64,000 bases of DNA from an uncultured Gammaproteobacteria bacterium (GTDB taxonomy: Bacteria > Patescibacteriota > Microgenomatia > Levybacterales > UBA12049): the NCBI GenBank assembly GCA_964523705.1, contig CAZFYA010000001.1, positions 3,388-67,387 on the forward strand, written 5' to 3'. The notes beneath the pieces are model-generated. The model had not been told where the DNA came from, did not search any database, and saw only the letters and a program-made list of their open reading frames with translations. A program made the translations under genes and the position numbers. This document shows, one piece after another, positions 47,548 to 55,754 of the stretch; position 1 is the stretch's first letter, and every line of letters begins with the position of its first letter.

Positions 47548-49922
47548 TAATCTGCTTTTTGAGGTACCTGCGCATGAAGAACTTGAGGTTGAAAAATCTC
47601 TTCTTTGATTTTTACTTTTGGTAATTGTCTTTTTAGGGCAAGTCCTAAAACTTCATCCATGTGAGTCACAAATTTAAAGTTTAAATCTTTTAATACTTCT
47701 TTTGGAACATCTTCTAAATCTTTTTTATTGTCTTTTGGTAGAATTATTGTCTTAAGACCGGCTCTATGAGCAGCAATAACTTTTTCTTTAATTCCACCAA
47801 TCTCCAAAACTCTTCCTCTTAAGGTAACTTCTCCTGTCATACCAACTTTTCTATTAGCCGGTATTTTAGTTAAAGCTGAAACAATTGCAGTTGTAATTGC
47901 CGTTCCGGCACTGGGTCCATCTTTTGGAACAGCGCCTTCCGGAACATGAACATGAACATCCATTTTTTGATAAAACTTATCGGCAAGACCTAAGCTCTTT
48001 GCTCTTGCTCTAATATATGACATTGCAGCAGTACAGGACTCTTTCATAACATCTCCTAATTGTCCTGTTAAAATAAGGTTTCCTTTACCCGGCATTAGAG
48101 CTACCTCGATAAATAAGATATCTCCCCCTGCTTCTGTCCAAGCAAGTCCTGTTGACATGCCAACTTCATCTTTTTTCTCAGCTATTGTTGCATTGAATTT
48201 AACCGGGCCTAAAAACTTTGGTACTATCTTTTCTGTTACATTTACTTTTTTCTTTTTCCCCTCAGCTACCATTTTGGCTACTTTTCTAAAAATCGCTGAT
48301 ATTTGCCTCTCTAAACTTCTAACTCCGGCTTCTCTTGTGTAATGCTGAATAATAAATTTAATAGCACCATCTGTTAAGTTTACAGTTTTCTTATTCAACC
48401 CATGGTTTTCCATTTGTTTTTTAAGTAAAAAGTCTTTGGCAATTCTAAATTTTTCATCATGGGTATATCCTGAAAACTGGATAACCTCAAGCCTATCTTT
48501 TAAAGCCGGTGGAATTGTTTCTAGGATATTTGCAGTTGTAATAAACATGGCATCGGATAAATCAAAAGGAACCTCTAGGTAGTGATCTGAAAACATGTTG
48601 TTTTGTTCAGGATCTAGTGCTTCTAAAAGAGCAGATGATGGATCTCCTCTAAAGTCTGTTCCAACCTTATCTATTTCATCAAGCATAAAGACCGGATTTT
48701 TAGCTTCTGCGTCCTTAATTCCCTGGATAATTCTTCCAGGCATTGCCCCAACATAAGTTCTTCGATGTCCTCTAATTTCTGCTTCGTCTCTAATTCCTCC
48801 CAAGGACATCTTTACAAACTTTCTACCCAAGGCTCTGGCAATAGATTTTCCAATTGAGGTTTTTCCAACTCCAGGTGGTCCTGTAAAACAAAGAATTGGT
48901 CCTTTCATTTTACCGGCTAACTTGTGAACCGCTAAATATTCAACTATTCTTTCTTTAACTTTTTTAAGACCAAAATGATCCTCATCTAAAATTTTTTCTG
49001 CCTGTTTAATATTTAAGTTACTTTTTGTTTCAACTGACCAGGGGAGACTCAACACCCAATCCAGGTAGTTTCTAATATATCCTGCTTCAGGATTAAACTG
49101 ATTCATCTGAGACAATTTCTTAATTTCTTTTTTCATTTTTGTCTCAATGTCCTCTGGCATTTTTGCCTTTTTTACTCTTTCTAAGAGTTCTCTAACCTCA
49201 CTGTCTTCCTCTCCTTCACCCAGTTCCCTTTCAATAGTTTTTAGTCTTTCCCTAAGCAAAGCCTCTTTTGCTCCTTTTTCAAACCTTTCCTGTGTTTTTG
49301 AGGCAATCTTTTTCTCAAGTTCTAAAACCTTTATTTCCTTGGATAAGTAAGTTATTAATTTACCAAGTCGTTTTTTAGTATTTACTTCTTCTAAAAGCTC
49401 TTGCTTTTCAGAGGGTTTTAAATCAAGAACAGATGAAACAAGGTTTGCCAGCTGTTCAGGGGTATTTTTAGACATTACATTCATAAAAACCAAAAAATCA
49501 ACAAATTTTCCAAGATTCATTGCTTTTCTGAATTCATTTGTTAAATGGTTGCAAAGTGCTTTTATTTCAGGGCTATTGGTAATAATGTCTGGCACTTCAA
49601 CAACTTTTGCTAAAAGAAAAGGGGCTTTTTGTTCATATGAAACTATTTTAACTCTGGATAATCCTTTTACCTGAGCATTTATTTCCTGATCAGTTTTTAT
49701 CATTCTTTCAATGTGTGATAAGGTTCCTATTTCATAAAGATCAGATACTTCAGGATCATTTAGTCTTGGATTCTTCTGGGCTACAAAGCCGACAATTCTA
49801 TCCTGTGAAAATGCAGCTTCTAAGGCTGATAAGCTTTTGGGTCTTCCAAAGGTTAAAACTGAATCTGTATTTGGAAAGATTATTCCGTCTCTAATTGGAA
49901 TTATTGGGATTATTTTCTCCAT
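47547..49922 (-). CDS. lon: ATP-dependent Lon protease
   Basis: N-terminal LON substrate-binding domain; Walker A GPPGVGKTSIGKSIA; catalytic PKDGPSAGTA serine motif; 791 aa. Confidence 0.95.
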   Translation of the reverse strand: MEKIIPIIPIRDGIIFPNTDSVLTFGRPKSLSALEAAFSQDRIVGFVAQKNPRLNDPEVSDLYEIGTLSHIERMIKTDQEINAQVKGLSRVKIVSYEQKAPFLLAKVVEVPDIITNSPEIKALCNHLTNEFRKAMNLGKFVDFLVFMNVMSKNTPEQLANLVSSVLDLKPSEKQELLEEVNTKKRLGKLITYLSKEIKVLELEKKIASKTQERFEKGAKEALLRERLKTIERELGEGEEDSEVRELLERVKKAKMPEDIETKMKKEIKKLSQMNQFNPEAGYIRNYLDWVLSLPWSVETKSNLNIKQAEKILDEDHFGLKKVKERIVEYLAVHKLAGKMKGPILCFTGPPGVGKTSIGKSIARALGRKFVKMSLGGIRDEAEIRGHRRTYVGAMPGRIIQGIKDAEAKNPVFMLDEIDKVGTDFRGDPSSALLEALDPEQNNMFSDHYLEVPFDLSDAMFITTANILETIPPALKDRLEVIQFSGYTHDEKFRIAKDFLLKKQMENHGLNKKTVNLTDGAIKFIIQHYTREAGVRSLERQISAIFRKVAKMVAEGKKKKVNVTEKIVPKFLGPVKFNATIAEKKDEVGMSTGLAWTEAGGDILFIEVALMPGKGNLILTGQLGDVMKESCTAAMSYIRARAKSLGLADKFYQKMDVHVHVPEGAVPKDGPSAGTAITTAIVSALTKIPANRKVGMTGEVTLRGRVLEIGGIKEKVIAAHRAGLKTIILPKDNKKDLEDVPKEVLKDLNFKFVTHMDEVLGLALKRQLPKVKIKEEIFQPQVLHAQVPQKAD

Positions 49923-50013
49923 ACTCTACTTTTGTATTTAGCACTCTATCATATAGTCTGCTAGTTGTCAAGAAGCTGATTACTATATGATACAAAGATT
50001 GTACTTTTAATGG

Positions 50014-50041
50014 TTGACAAATATATTATGAGGTTTACAAT
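50014..50041 (+). promoter_or_regulatory. Sigma70-like promoter TTGACA-N16-TACAAT, 6 nt upstream of the ATG at 50048 (near-leaderless); divergent from the lon promoter
   Basis: ggTTGACAaatatattatgaggttTACAATttaattATG. Confidence 0.5.
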
Positions 50042-50047
50042 TTAATT

Positions 50048-50566
50048 ATGGAGGCTAAAAACAAAAAAACACAAAAAACAACAGGAAAATCTTTAAAACA
50101 GATAAGGCTTTTACGTCAGCTTCATTCTGTTGAGGGAAAAATAGCTGAGAAAATCTCAGACTTTGCCGGTAGTATGGGCTTTGTATATTTTCATGCAGTC
50201 TGGTTTACCCTATGGATTTTAGGCGGAGAGGGACTTTTAACACCATATATTAATAAGTTTGATCCATTCCCCTACGGACTTTTGACAATGATCGTCTCCT
50301 TAGAGGCGATTTTTTTAGCGACCTTTATTATGATCAACCAGAACAGACAAGCCTTAGTTGAGGAGTATAGAGAACTTGAAGAGGAACAGGAAGCATTAGA
50401 AGAAGAAAGAGAACAACAGGAATTAGAAGAAGACGTTGAGGATATTCAAAAAGACCTTGATGATATTAAAAACGCAATTTCATTTATCCAGCAAAAAGTT
50501 ACCTTGGTTGAGAAAGCAAAGCATACTAACGGAAACGGCAACGTAGGAGAAAACAGTAATAAATAA
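50048..50566 (+). CDS. DUF1003-like membrane protein with acidic coiled-coil C-terminus
   Basis: Two TM helices (FHAVWFTLWILGG; LTMIVSLEAIFLATFIM) flanking FDPFPYGLL, followed by an E/Q-rich helix; DUF1003 assignment from memory. Confidence 0.5.
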   Translation: MEAKNKKTQKTTGKSLKQIRLLRQLHSVEGKIAEKISDFAGSMGFVYFHAVWFTLWILGGEGLLTPYINKFDPFPYGLLTMIVSLEAIFLATFIMINQNRQALVEEYRELEEEQEALEEEREQQELEEDVEDIQKDLDDIKNAISFIQQKVTLVEKAKHTNGNGNVGENSNK

Positions 50567-50628
50567 ATTTTATTTACAAAAATTAAAATCCTGTCCAAAT
50601 TATTAAACAACCATCGTGTTAGAATTTT

Positions 50629-50776
50629 TATATGCTTTTTTTAAGGCTTTATCTATTAATTCAGGTTTCTTAACCCATCTTTTATTTCTAATTAGAAATA
50701 ACAAGGATGTTTATATGCTTTTTTTAAGGCTTTATCTATTAATTCAGGTTTTTTAACCCATCTTTTTCTTCTAATT
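50629..50776. repeat. Tandem direct duplication (2 x ~65 bp, period 82) of the 3' end of gene 50692..51063
   Basis: TTATATGCTTTTTTTAAGGCTTTATCTATTAATTCAGGTTT(C/T)TTAACCCATCTTTT... occurs at 50629-50693 and 50711-50776 with 3-4 mismatches. Confidence 0.8.
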
Positions 50777-51063
50777 CTTGATGTACCAATAAACAAATTC
50801 CCCTGAATTTCTATTGTGCCACTAGAGAAAACACGTATTATTATACTACTGCCTGGCTTTTTACCGTTAGCCGAGTACGCAATTAAGCCTTTTTCAGGAA
50901 AACAATAACCAGTACTTACATCATGATCCCTTTGTTTTAATTGATCAATTATATCCCCTAATCCGCTTTCAGCGAGATAAGAATTTGCTTTTTTTATTTT
51001 TTCTTCTTTTTGTTGATTAGTATCTTTAACAACATCTATAAAACTACCGGTTTCTAATTTCAT
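50692..51063 (-). CDS. Hypothetical protein (123 aa)
   Basis: No recognisable motif; near-leaderless consensus promoter; C-terminal coding region duplicated downstream. Confidence 0.5.
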   Translation of the reverse strand: MKLETGSFIDVVKDTNQQKEEKIKKANSYLAESGLGDIIDQLKQRDHDVSTGYCFPEKGLIAYSANGKKPGSSIIIRVFSSGTIEIQGNLFIGTSRIRRKRWVKKPELIDKALKKAYKHPCYF

Positions 51064-51069
51064 TACGGA

Positions 51070-51098
51070 AGTATAACAAATTAACGTTTTTAAGTCAA
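51070..51098 (-). promoter_or_regulatory. Sigma70-like promoter TTGACT-N17-TATACT, 6 nt upstream of the ATG at 51063; -35 inside TCCCATAGTTGACTT
   Basis: Minus strand reads CCCATAGTTGACTTAAAAACGTTAATTTGTTATACTTCCGTAATG. Confidence 0.55.
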
Positions 51099-51166
51099 CT
51101 ATGGGATATTCAAATTTTCTTAAACTAATCCAAAGCTAATTATCGTGGATAATTTCTCAAATCCTT

Positions 51167-51778
51167 TCAATAACTTATCCCACTAGTCTTTTTAATCTCA
51201 AAGTTTTTGCCATTAAATTCCAATACCATGTATGCTAAATTTTTTATTCCTATATATTTAATATTTGTATCTATCTTTTTAAGAACAGCTAAAAACATCC
51301 ACATTGGTCCCCCATGAGTAACAACTAAGATAGTTTTGTTTTTATTTTTATTTGCAATTTGTTTTAAATGGTTTAAAAAACGATCCATAACCTCTTTTAT
51401 GCTTTCTATTTTGGGATGATGTTTATATATAAATTGTTCTTTTTTGCTAAGTAAGGCAATTTTTTCATCTATTTCTTTTAATTCAGATTTATCCTTTCCC
51501 TCAAGATGTGCATAATTTCTTTCCCTTAAATCTTTTGAAACTTCAATTTCTAATTTATGCTCAATTGCGATTAATTCTGCAGTTTTTCTTGCCCTTAATA
51601 AATCCGATGCATAAGCTTTATCAAACTTAATCCCTTTTAGTTCTTTTATTAAAGACTTTATTTCTAACTCCCCTTTTCTATTTAGGGGAATATCTGTATG
51701 CCCTTGAATTAGTCTTTTTTCATTCCATTCTGTTTTACCGTGCCTTACTAAATATATTGTGCAGTAGTTTTTTTGCAT
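51167..51778 (-). CDS. Histidine phosphatase family protein (phosphoglycerate mutase-like)
   Basis: LVRHGKTEWN RHG catalytic motif, downstream RARKTAE, C-terminal H in VVTHGGP. Confidence 0.8.
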   Translation of the reverse strand: MQKNYCTIYLVRHGKTEWNEKRLIQGHTDIPLNRKGELEIKSLIKELKGIKFDKAYASDLLRARKTAELIAIEHKLEIEVSKDLRERNYAHLEGKDKSELKEIDEKIALLSKKEQFIYKHHPKIESIKEVMDRFLNHLKQIANKNKNKTILVVTHGGPMWMFLAVLKKIDTNIKYIGIKNLAYMVLEFNGKNFEIKKTSGISY

Positions 51779-51784
51779 TGGATA

Positions 51785-51812
51785 ATTATATCATTTTGAG
51801 ACTAATCCGAAG
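51785..51812 (-). promoter_or_regulatory. Perfect TATAAT -10 placed 6 nt upstream of the ATG at 51778, with the AGCTTCGGATTAG motif in the -35 region
   Basis: Minus strand reads GCTTAGCTTCGGATTAGTCTCAAAATGATATAATTATCCAATG. Confidence 0.5.
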
Positions 51813-51855
51813 CTAAGCATGTCGGTCAAGACCCATTCAGTCGTTATAAACTTCC

Positions 51856-52251
51856 CTATGGTGTTAAGCGAAAGCTAACTCTTATTCCATTCCATCTCCT
51901 TGGTCCTTTACTGTACTTTTTAACATCTGATCCTTCATATATTACTTTATCTTTTATGATGGGGACATCTGTTTCTATGTGGGATTCTAAATCTTTAGAA
52001 CCAAGGAAAGGTATTTTTGTTAAGCTCATATCCCAAGCTTCAGGAGAAGCTTCTTGAACAAATTCGTCTGCGTAAATTCCACTCGTAATTTCAATAGAAT
52101 TAGATGGTGTTATCTTAATATAAACATATTTCTTTTCCGTACCAGGACTTCTTAAAAGTAGAGGAGGATGTGATAATTCTTCGCCATAACCAACGTCACA
52201 GTTTGTCCTTTTTACAGGAATTCCTAAAAAATCTACTCGTCTTTCAATCAT
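51856..52251 (-). CDS. Hypothetical protein (131 aa); start trimmed to the internal Met because the upstream part of the six-frame ORF is tRNA-Gln
   Basis: Consensus TTGACA-N17-TATAAT promoter at 52270-52298 sits between tRNA-Gln and the ATG at 52251 (MIERRVDFLG...). Confidence 0.5.
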   Translation of the reverse strand: MIERRVDFLGIPVKRTNCDVGYGEELSHPPLLLRSPGTEKKYVYIKITPSNSIEITSGIYADEFVQEASPEAWDMSLTKIPFLGSKDLESHIETDVPIIKDKVIYEGSDVKKYSKGPRRWNGIRVSFRLTP

Positions 52252-52269
52252 AGAACAAGATATTAAAGG

Positions 52270-52298
52270 ATTATATGGTAATAAAAAAATGGTGTCAA
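52270..52298 (-). promoter_or_regulatory. Consensus sigma70 promoter TTGACA-N17-TATAAT immediately downstream of tRNA-Gln
   Basis: Minus strand reads CAGCTTGACACCATTTTTTTATTACCATATAATCC...ATG at 52251. Confidence 0.6.
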
Positions 52299-52316
52299 GC
52301 TGAAGATAATCCGAAG

Positions 52317-52387
52317 CTGCGGAGCAGGGATTCGAACCCCAATACCGACATTCAGAGTGTCGTGTCCTACCATTAGACGACTCCGCA
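52317..52387 (-). tRNA. tRNA-Gln (anticodon CUG)
   Basis: Minus strand TGCGGAGTCGTCTAATGGTAGGACACGACACTCTGAATGTCGGTATTGGGGTTCGAATCCCTGCTCCGCAG: U1-A72 and G73 (Gln identity), anticodon loop CTCTGAA, T-loop TTCGAAT; T-stem has two G-U pairs. Confidence 0.7.
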
Positions 52388-52428
52388 CTATAATGCATGT
52401 TTATTCTACTAAATTAAGGGATAAAATG

Positions 52429-52797
52429 CTATCTAAACAGCTTTAAAACATAGGGGATAAAAATAAGAAAACCAACGATCACAGAACCGATTGCAGTTAA
52501 TAATACCATTCCTGCTGAAACATCTTTAGCAATTTTTGCTTCCAACCTGTGTTCACTTGTAATTAAATTCGTCATCTCCTCAATTGCAGTATTAATCATT
52601 TCTGAAGAGATTACCAAAAGAATCATAACACCCAATATTCCCATTTCAAATGCATTAACATGAAAGTAAATTGAAGCAATAATTACTAAAAATGCTACAA
52701 AAAAATGAATTCTTAAATTCTGGTTATATTTTAAAGCTAAATAAACACCGGCAAAGGCGTTTTTAAAAGAAATTAATAATGTTTTGTGTTTTATCAT
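52429..52797 (-). CDS. dgkA: Diacylglycerol/undecaprenol kinase
   Basis: 122 aa, 3 TM; conserved EMINTAIEE and VSAGMVLLTAI regions of the prokaryotic DAGK family. Confidence 0.85.
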   Translation of the reverse strand: MIKHKTLLISFKNAFAGVYLALKYNQNLRIHFFVAFLVIIASIYFHVNAFEMGILGVMILLVISSEMINTAIEEMTNLITSEHRLEAKIAKDVSAGMVLLTAIGSVIVGFLIFIPYVLKLFR

Positions 52798-53405
52798 ACG
52801 TATGCTTGGTATATTAATATTTTAGCTGCCATTAAAAAAGTTGCAAGTGTTATTATCACCCCAAGTAATCCTCCAACTATTAATTCTTTTTTTGTATGTC
52901 TTTTAAGATAAAGTCTTGACCAGAAAACAAATGGTACTATCCAAAAGGTAAGCCAAAAATAGTTTAAGCCAAACAATATACTGATTGTGACAATAAAGGC
53001 ACAAAGAGAAGCTAAATGTATACTTGCCTTAAGATATTTATTTATAAAAGTGAAAATGATAATGGCAAAAAATATTCCAAGGCCTAGGATTGAAAGATGG
53101 AAAAATATTCCCCTTAAAAAGAGTGCAATGATTAAATAAATAAAGGACAAAACTAAGGCAAAATAATAAAACTCTTCCCGCTCCTTTCTTTTAGATAAAT
53201 CTCCGTCTGAAAAGACTCCACCCCTAATCCCCAAATAAATTATTAAAAGACCTATTCCAACAAAAAGCCCTGAAAACATTTCCCACTTTATTGCAGATGA
53301 TAGGTTAGTTGTTTGTCTGTAAACTACTAAGAATGGCAGAGAAAAAAGAAAAACAACCGGATTAAAGATAAGAGAGATTATTTCAGCAAAGTTCTTTTTT
53401 TTCAT
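52794..53405 (-). CDS. PAP2-like membrane phosphatase (possible polyprenyl-diphosphate/lipid phosphatase)
   Basis: About 6 TM; KASIHLAS (motif 2-like) and SRLYLKRHTKKE (SRx5Hx3D/E-like motif 3); 4-nt overlap with dgkA. Confidence 0.45.
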   Translation of the reverse strand: MKKKNFAEIISLIFNPVVFLFSLPFLVVYRQTTNLSSAIKWEMFSGLFVGIGLLIIYLGIRGGVFSDGDLSKRKEREEFYYFALVLSFIYLIIALFLRGIFFHLSILGLGIFFAIIIFTFINKYLKASIHLASLCAFIVTISILFGLNYFWLTFWIVPFVFWSRLYLKRHTKKELIVGGLLGVIITLATFLMAAKILIYQAYV

Positions 53406-54649
53406 TTTATACTACTTTCTATTATAGCGATTGTTTTGTCTTTCCCTAAAATCTCCATTGATTCATTAAGCGGTGGTGAAATCTTTTTTCCTGTAACAGA
53501 TACTCTTAAGACCATAAAAAACTCACTTGTTTTAATCCCTAGGTCTTTTGCTAAACTTTGCATCTTATCTCCAATTACTTTAGCTTTCCAATTATTAACT
53601 TTACTTAGTTTTTCAACAATTTTTTTAAGTGTTTGGCTATACTTTGATAAATCTATTTCATATTTTTTTGGATTAGTAAAGAAAAATTCCGAAAGAGGGT
53701 AAAAATCTGAAAGCTTTTTTATCCTCTCCTGAATTAAAGGGGAAATTTTCTCAATAGTTTTTTTATCATACTTATTATTATAAAATTCATTAATTTTTTC
53801 AGCTAATTCTTCTTTATTTAACTTTCTAATATATTCTCCATTCATCCACTCAAGCTTTACCTGGTCAAACTTAGGATTTGAAGTATTAATGTCTTTAATA
53901 TCAAAAGCTTTAATCATTTCACTAAGAGATAGAATTTCATTATTGTCTTTTGGACTCCAGCCCAAAATTGCAATAAAGTTTAATACTGCTTCTTTTAAAT
54001 AACCCTCTTTTTTATAATCTAAAACCGACTTTGCTCCATGTCTTTTGGAAAGTTTTCCTTTATCCGGTCCTAGAATTACCGGCTGATGGGCAAAGAATGG
54101 AAGCTCCCAACCAAAGCTTTGATAAAGAAAAATATGTTTTGGAGTTGATGAAATCCACTCCTCTCCTCTTATTACATGAGTAATTTCCATTAAGTGATCA
54201 TCTACTACGTTTGCCAAGTGATAGGTTGGATAATTATCAGACTTTAAAATGACAAAATCCTCAATATCTTTTCCGCTAAATTTTATTTTTTTATCTCCAA
54301 CTAAATCTATCCATGTAAAATCCTTATTATCAGGTACCTTAACCCAAATAGCATTATCTTTTTTATATGCCACTTTTTTATCAAGTAATTCCTGGGCATA
54401 TTTTTGATAAAGCTCAAGTCTTTTTGACTGATAAATAATCTCATTGTCCCAATCTAAATTAAGCCATTTTAAGGAATTGATAATTGCACTTTCTGCCTCT
54501 TTAACAAATCTTTTTCTATCCGTATCCTCAATTCTTAAGAAAAACTTGCCGTTTTTGCTTTTTGCAAAAAGGAAATTATAAAGGGCTGTTCTTATTCCTC
54601 CAACGTGTGGAATTCCGGTTGGACTTGGTGCAAATCGTGTTCTAACCAT
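53402..54649 (-). CDS. gltX: Glutamate--tRNA ligase (short form)
   Basis: Class I HIGH-type motif SPTGIPHVGGIRTALYN and KLSKR (KMSKS); 415 aa. Confidence 0.85.
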   Translation of the reverse strand: MVRTRFAPSPTGIPHVGGIRTALYNFLFAKSKNGKFFLRIEDTDRKRFVKEAESAIINSLKWLNLDWDNEIIYQSKRLELYQKYAQELLDKKVAYKKDNAIWVKVPDNKDFTWIDLVGDKKIKFSGKDIEDFVILKSDNYPTYHLANVVDDHLMEITHVIRGEEWISSTPKHIFLYQSFGWELPFFAHQPVILGPDKGKLSKRHGAKSVLDYKKEGYLKEAVLNFIAILGWSPKDNNEILSLSEMIKAFDIKDINTSNPKFDQVKLEWMNGEYIRKLNKEELAEKINEFYNNKYDKKTIEKISPLIQERIKKLSDFYPLSEFFFTNPKKYEIDLSKYSQTLKKIVEKLSKVNNWKAKVIGDKMQSLAKDLGIKTSEFFMVLRVSVTGKKISPPLNESMEILGKDKTIAIIESSIK

Positions 54650-54704
54650 ATTATACTAGCTTTCTTGCATTGTACCCCAAAATTAAATTATACTCAATAT
54701 AAAC

Positions 54705-55754
54705 ATGCCTACTTTAAGCCAAACCACTAAGGAAACAAAACTAATAATGAAATGGGGAATAATTGGTATAGTTTTAATTGCATTAGTTTTCTTAGGCGTT
54801 AAAGCAGGAGGATTTTTAAAAGAAGTCTTTTTTCCAACACCACCACCTGCCCCAACCGTTTCTTTTGGAAAATTGCCAAAAATTAGTTTTCCTGAAAATA
54901 AACAAGTAGAAAACTACACCTACTCAATAGACACTCTAACAGGTAAGCTTCCTGTCTTTTCAGACAGAGCTATTGTTTTTAAAACAAAAGAACAAAAATC
55001 AGACCTTTTAGCATTTGAAAAAGCAAAAGAAAAAGCTCAAAGACTAGACTTTGACCAAAGCCCGCAAACCTTGTCTGATGGAGTTTATAGATGGGTGGAT
55101 AAAAGCTCAATAGAAAGAAAACTAATTCTAACCGTACTTGAACCAAAACTTACCCTTGATTCAAACTTCTATACAAATGAATCAATTCTTAAGGGAGAAA
55201 GATTACCATCAGAAGAAGAAGCAAAATCAATGGCCAAAGACATGCTAAGTAAGATAGCAATGTTTCCAGAAGGGATTGATACAGAAAAAACAACCACGAC
55301 TCTTTTTACAATTAAAAATTATGCTTTAATTCCGGCTACCAGTTTTGCTAATTCTCAAGTTATTCAGGTTAATTTTTTCCAAAAAGACATTGATGAAAAA
55401 CCGGTTTTTTATAAAAGTCCGTATACTCCAAATATTTCAGTCTATATTACCGGCGGAGAAAGAAGAGGACAAATAGTAAAAGCAGATTATTATTACCAGG
55501 AGTTGTTAAATGATGAAAAGGCAACCTATCCGATTAAAACAGCTGATGAAGCATTTGAGGAGTTAAAAAACGGCAAAGCGTTTTATGCTTCATTACCAAC
55601 CGAAAAAAAGGATGTTGCTATAAAAGAAATAAAGCTTGGCTATTATATTCCTGATAAATCAACTAAATACATAATGCCAATTATTGTTTTTCAGGGAGAT
55701 GAAGGATTTTTTGCCTATATTTCAGCAATTAAGGACGAATGGATAGAAAATTAA
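54705..55754 (+). CDS. Hypothetical membrane-anchored extracytoplasmic protein
   Basis: N-terminal TM anchor (WGIIGIVLIALVFLGV) followed by a Pro-rich linker FFPTPPPAPTVSF and a 300-aa domain of unknown function. Confidence 0.5.
   Translation: MPTLSQTTKETKLIMKWGIIGIVLIALVFLGVKAGGFLKEVFFPTPPPAPTVSFGKLPKISFPENKQVENYTYSIDTLTGKLPVFSDRAIVFKTKEQKSDLLAFEKAKEKAQRLDFDQSPQTLSDGVYRWVDKSSIERKLILTVLEPKLTLDSNFYTNESILKGERLPSEEEAKSMAKDMLSKIAMFPEGIDTEKTTTTLFTIKNYALIPATSFANSQVIQVNFFQKDIDEKPVFYKSPYTPNISVYITGGERRGQIVKADYYYQELLNDEKATYPIKTADEAFEELKNGKAFYASLPTEKKDVAIKEIKLGYYIPDKSTKYIMPIIVFQGDEGFFAYISAIKDEWIEN

Noticed and set aside
51790-51900. Possible structured ncRNA (SRP, 6S or tmRNA) in the GC-richer stretch downstream of tRNA-Gln
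   Set aside because: Only a weak 5-bp hairpin (GTTAG-CTTTCG-CTTAAC) found; no SRP domain IV, tmRNA or RNase P consensus; the region is better explained as the 3' end of the 131-aa gene plus the promoter of the phosphatase gene.
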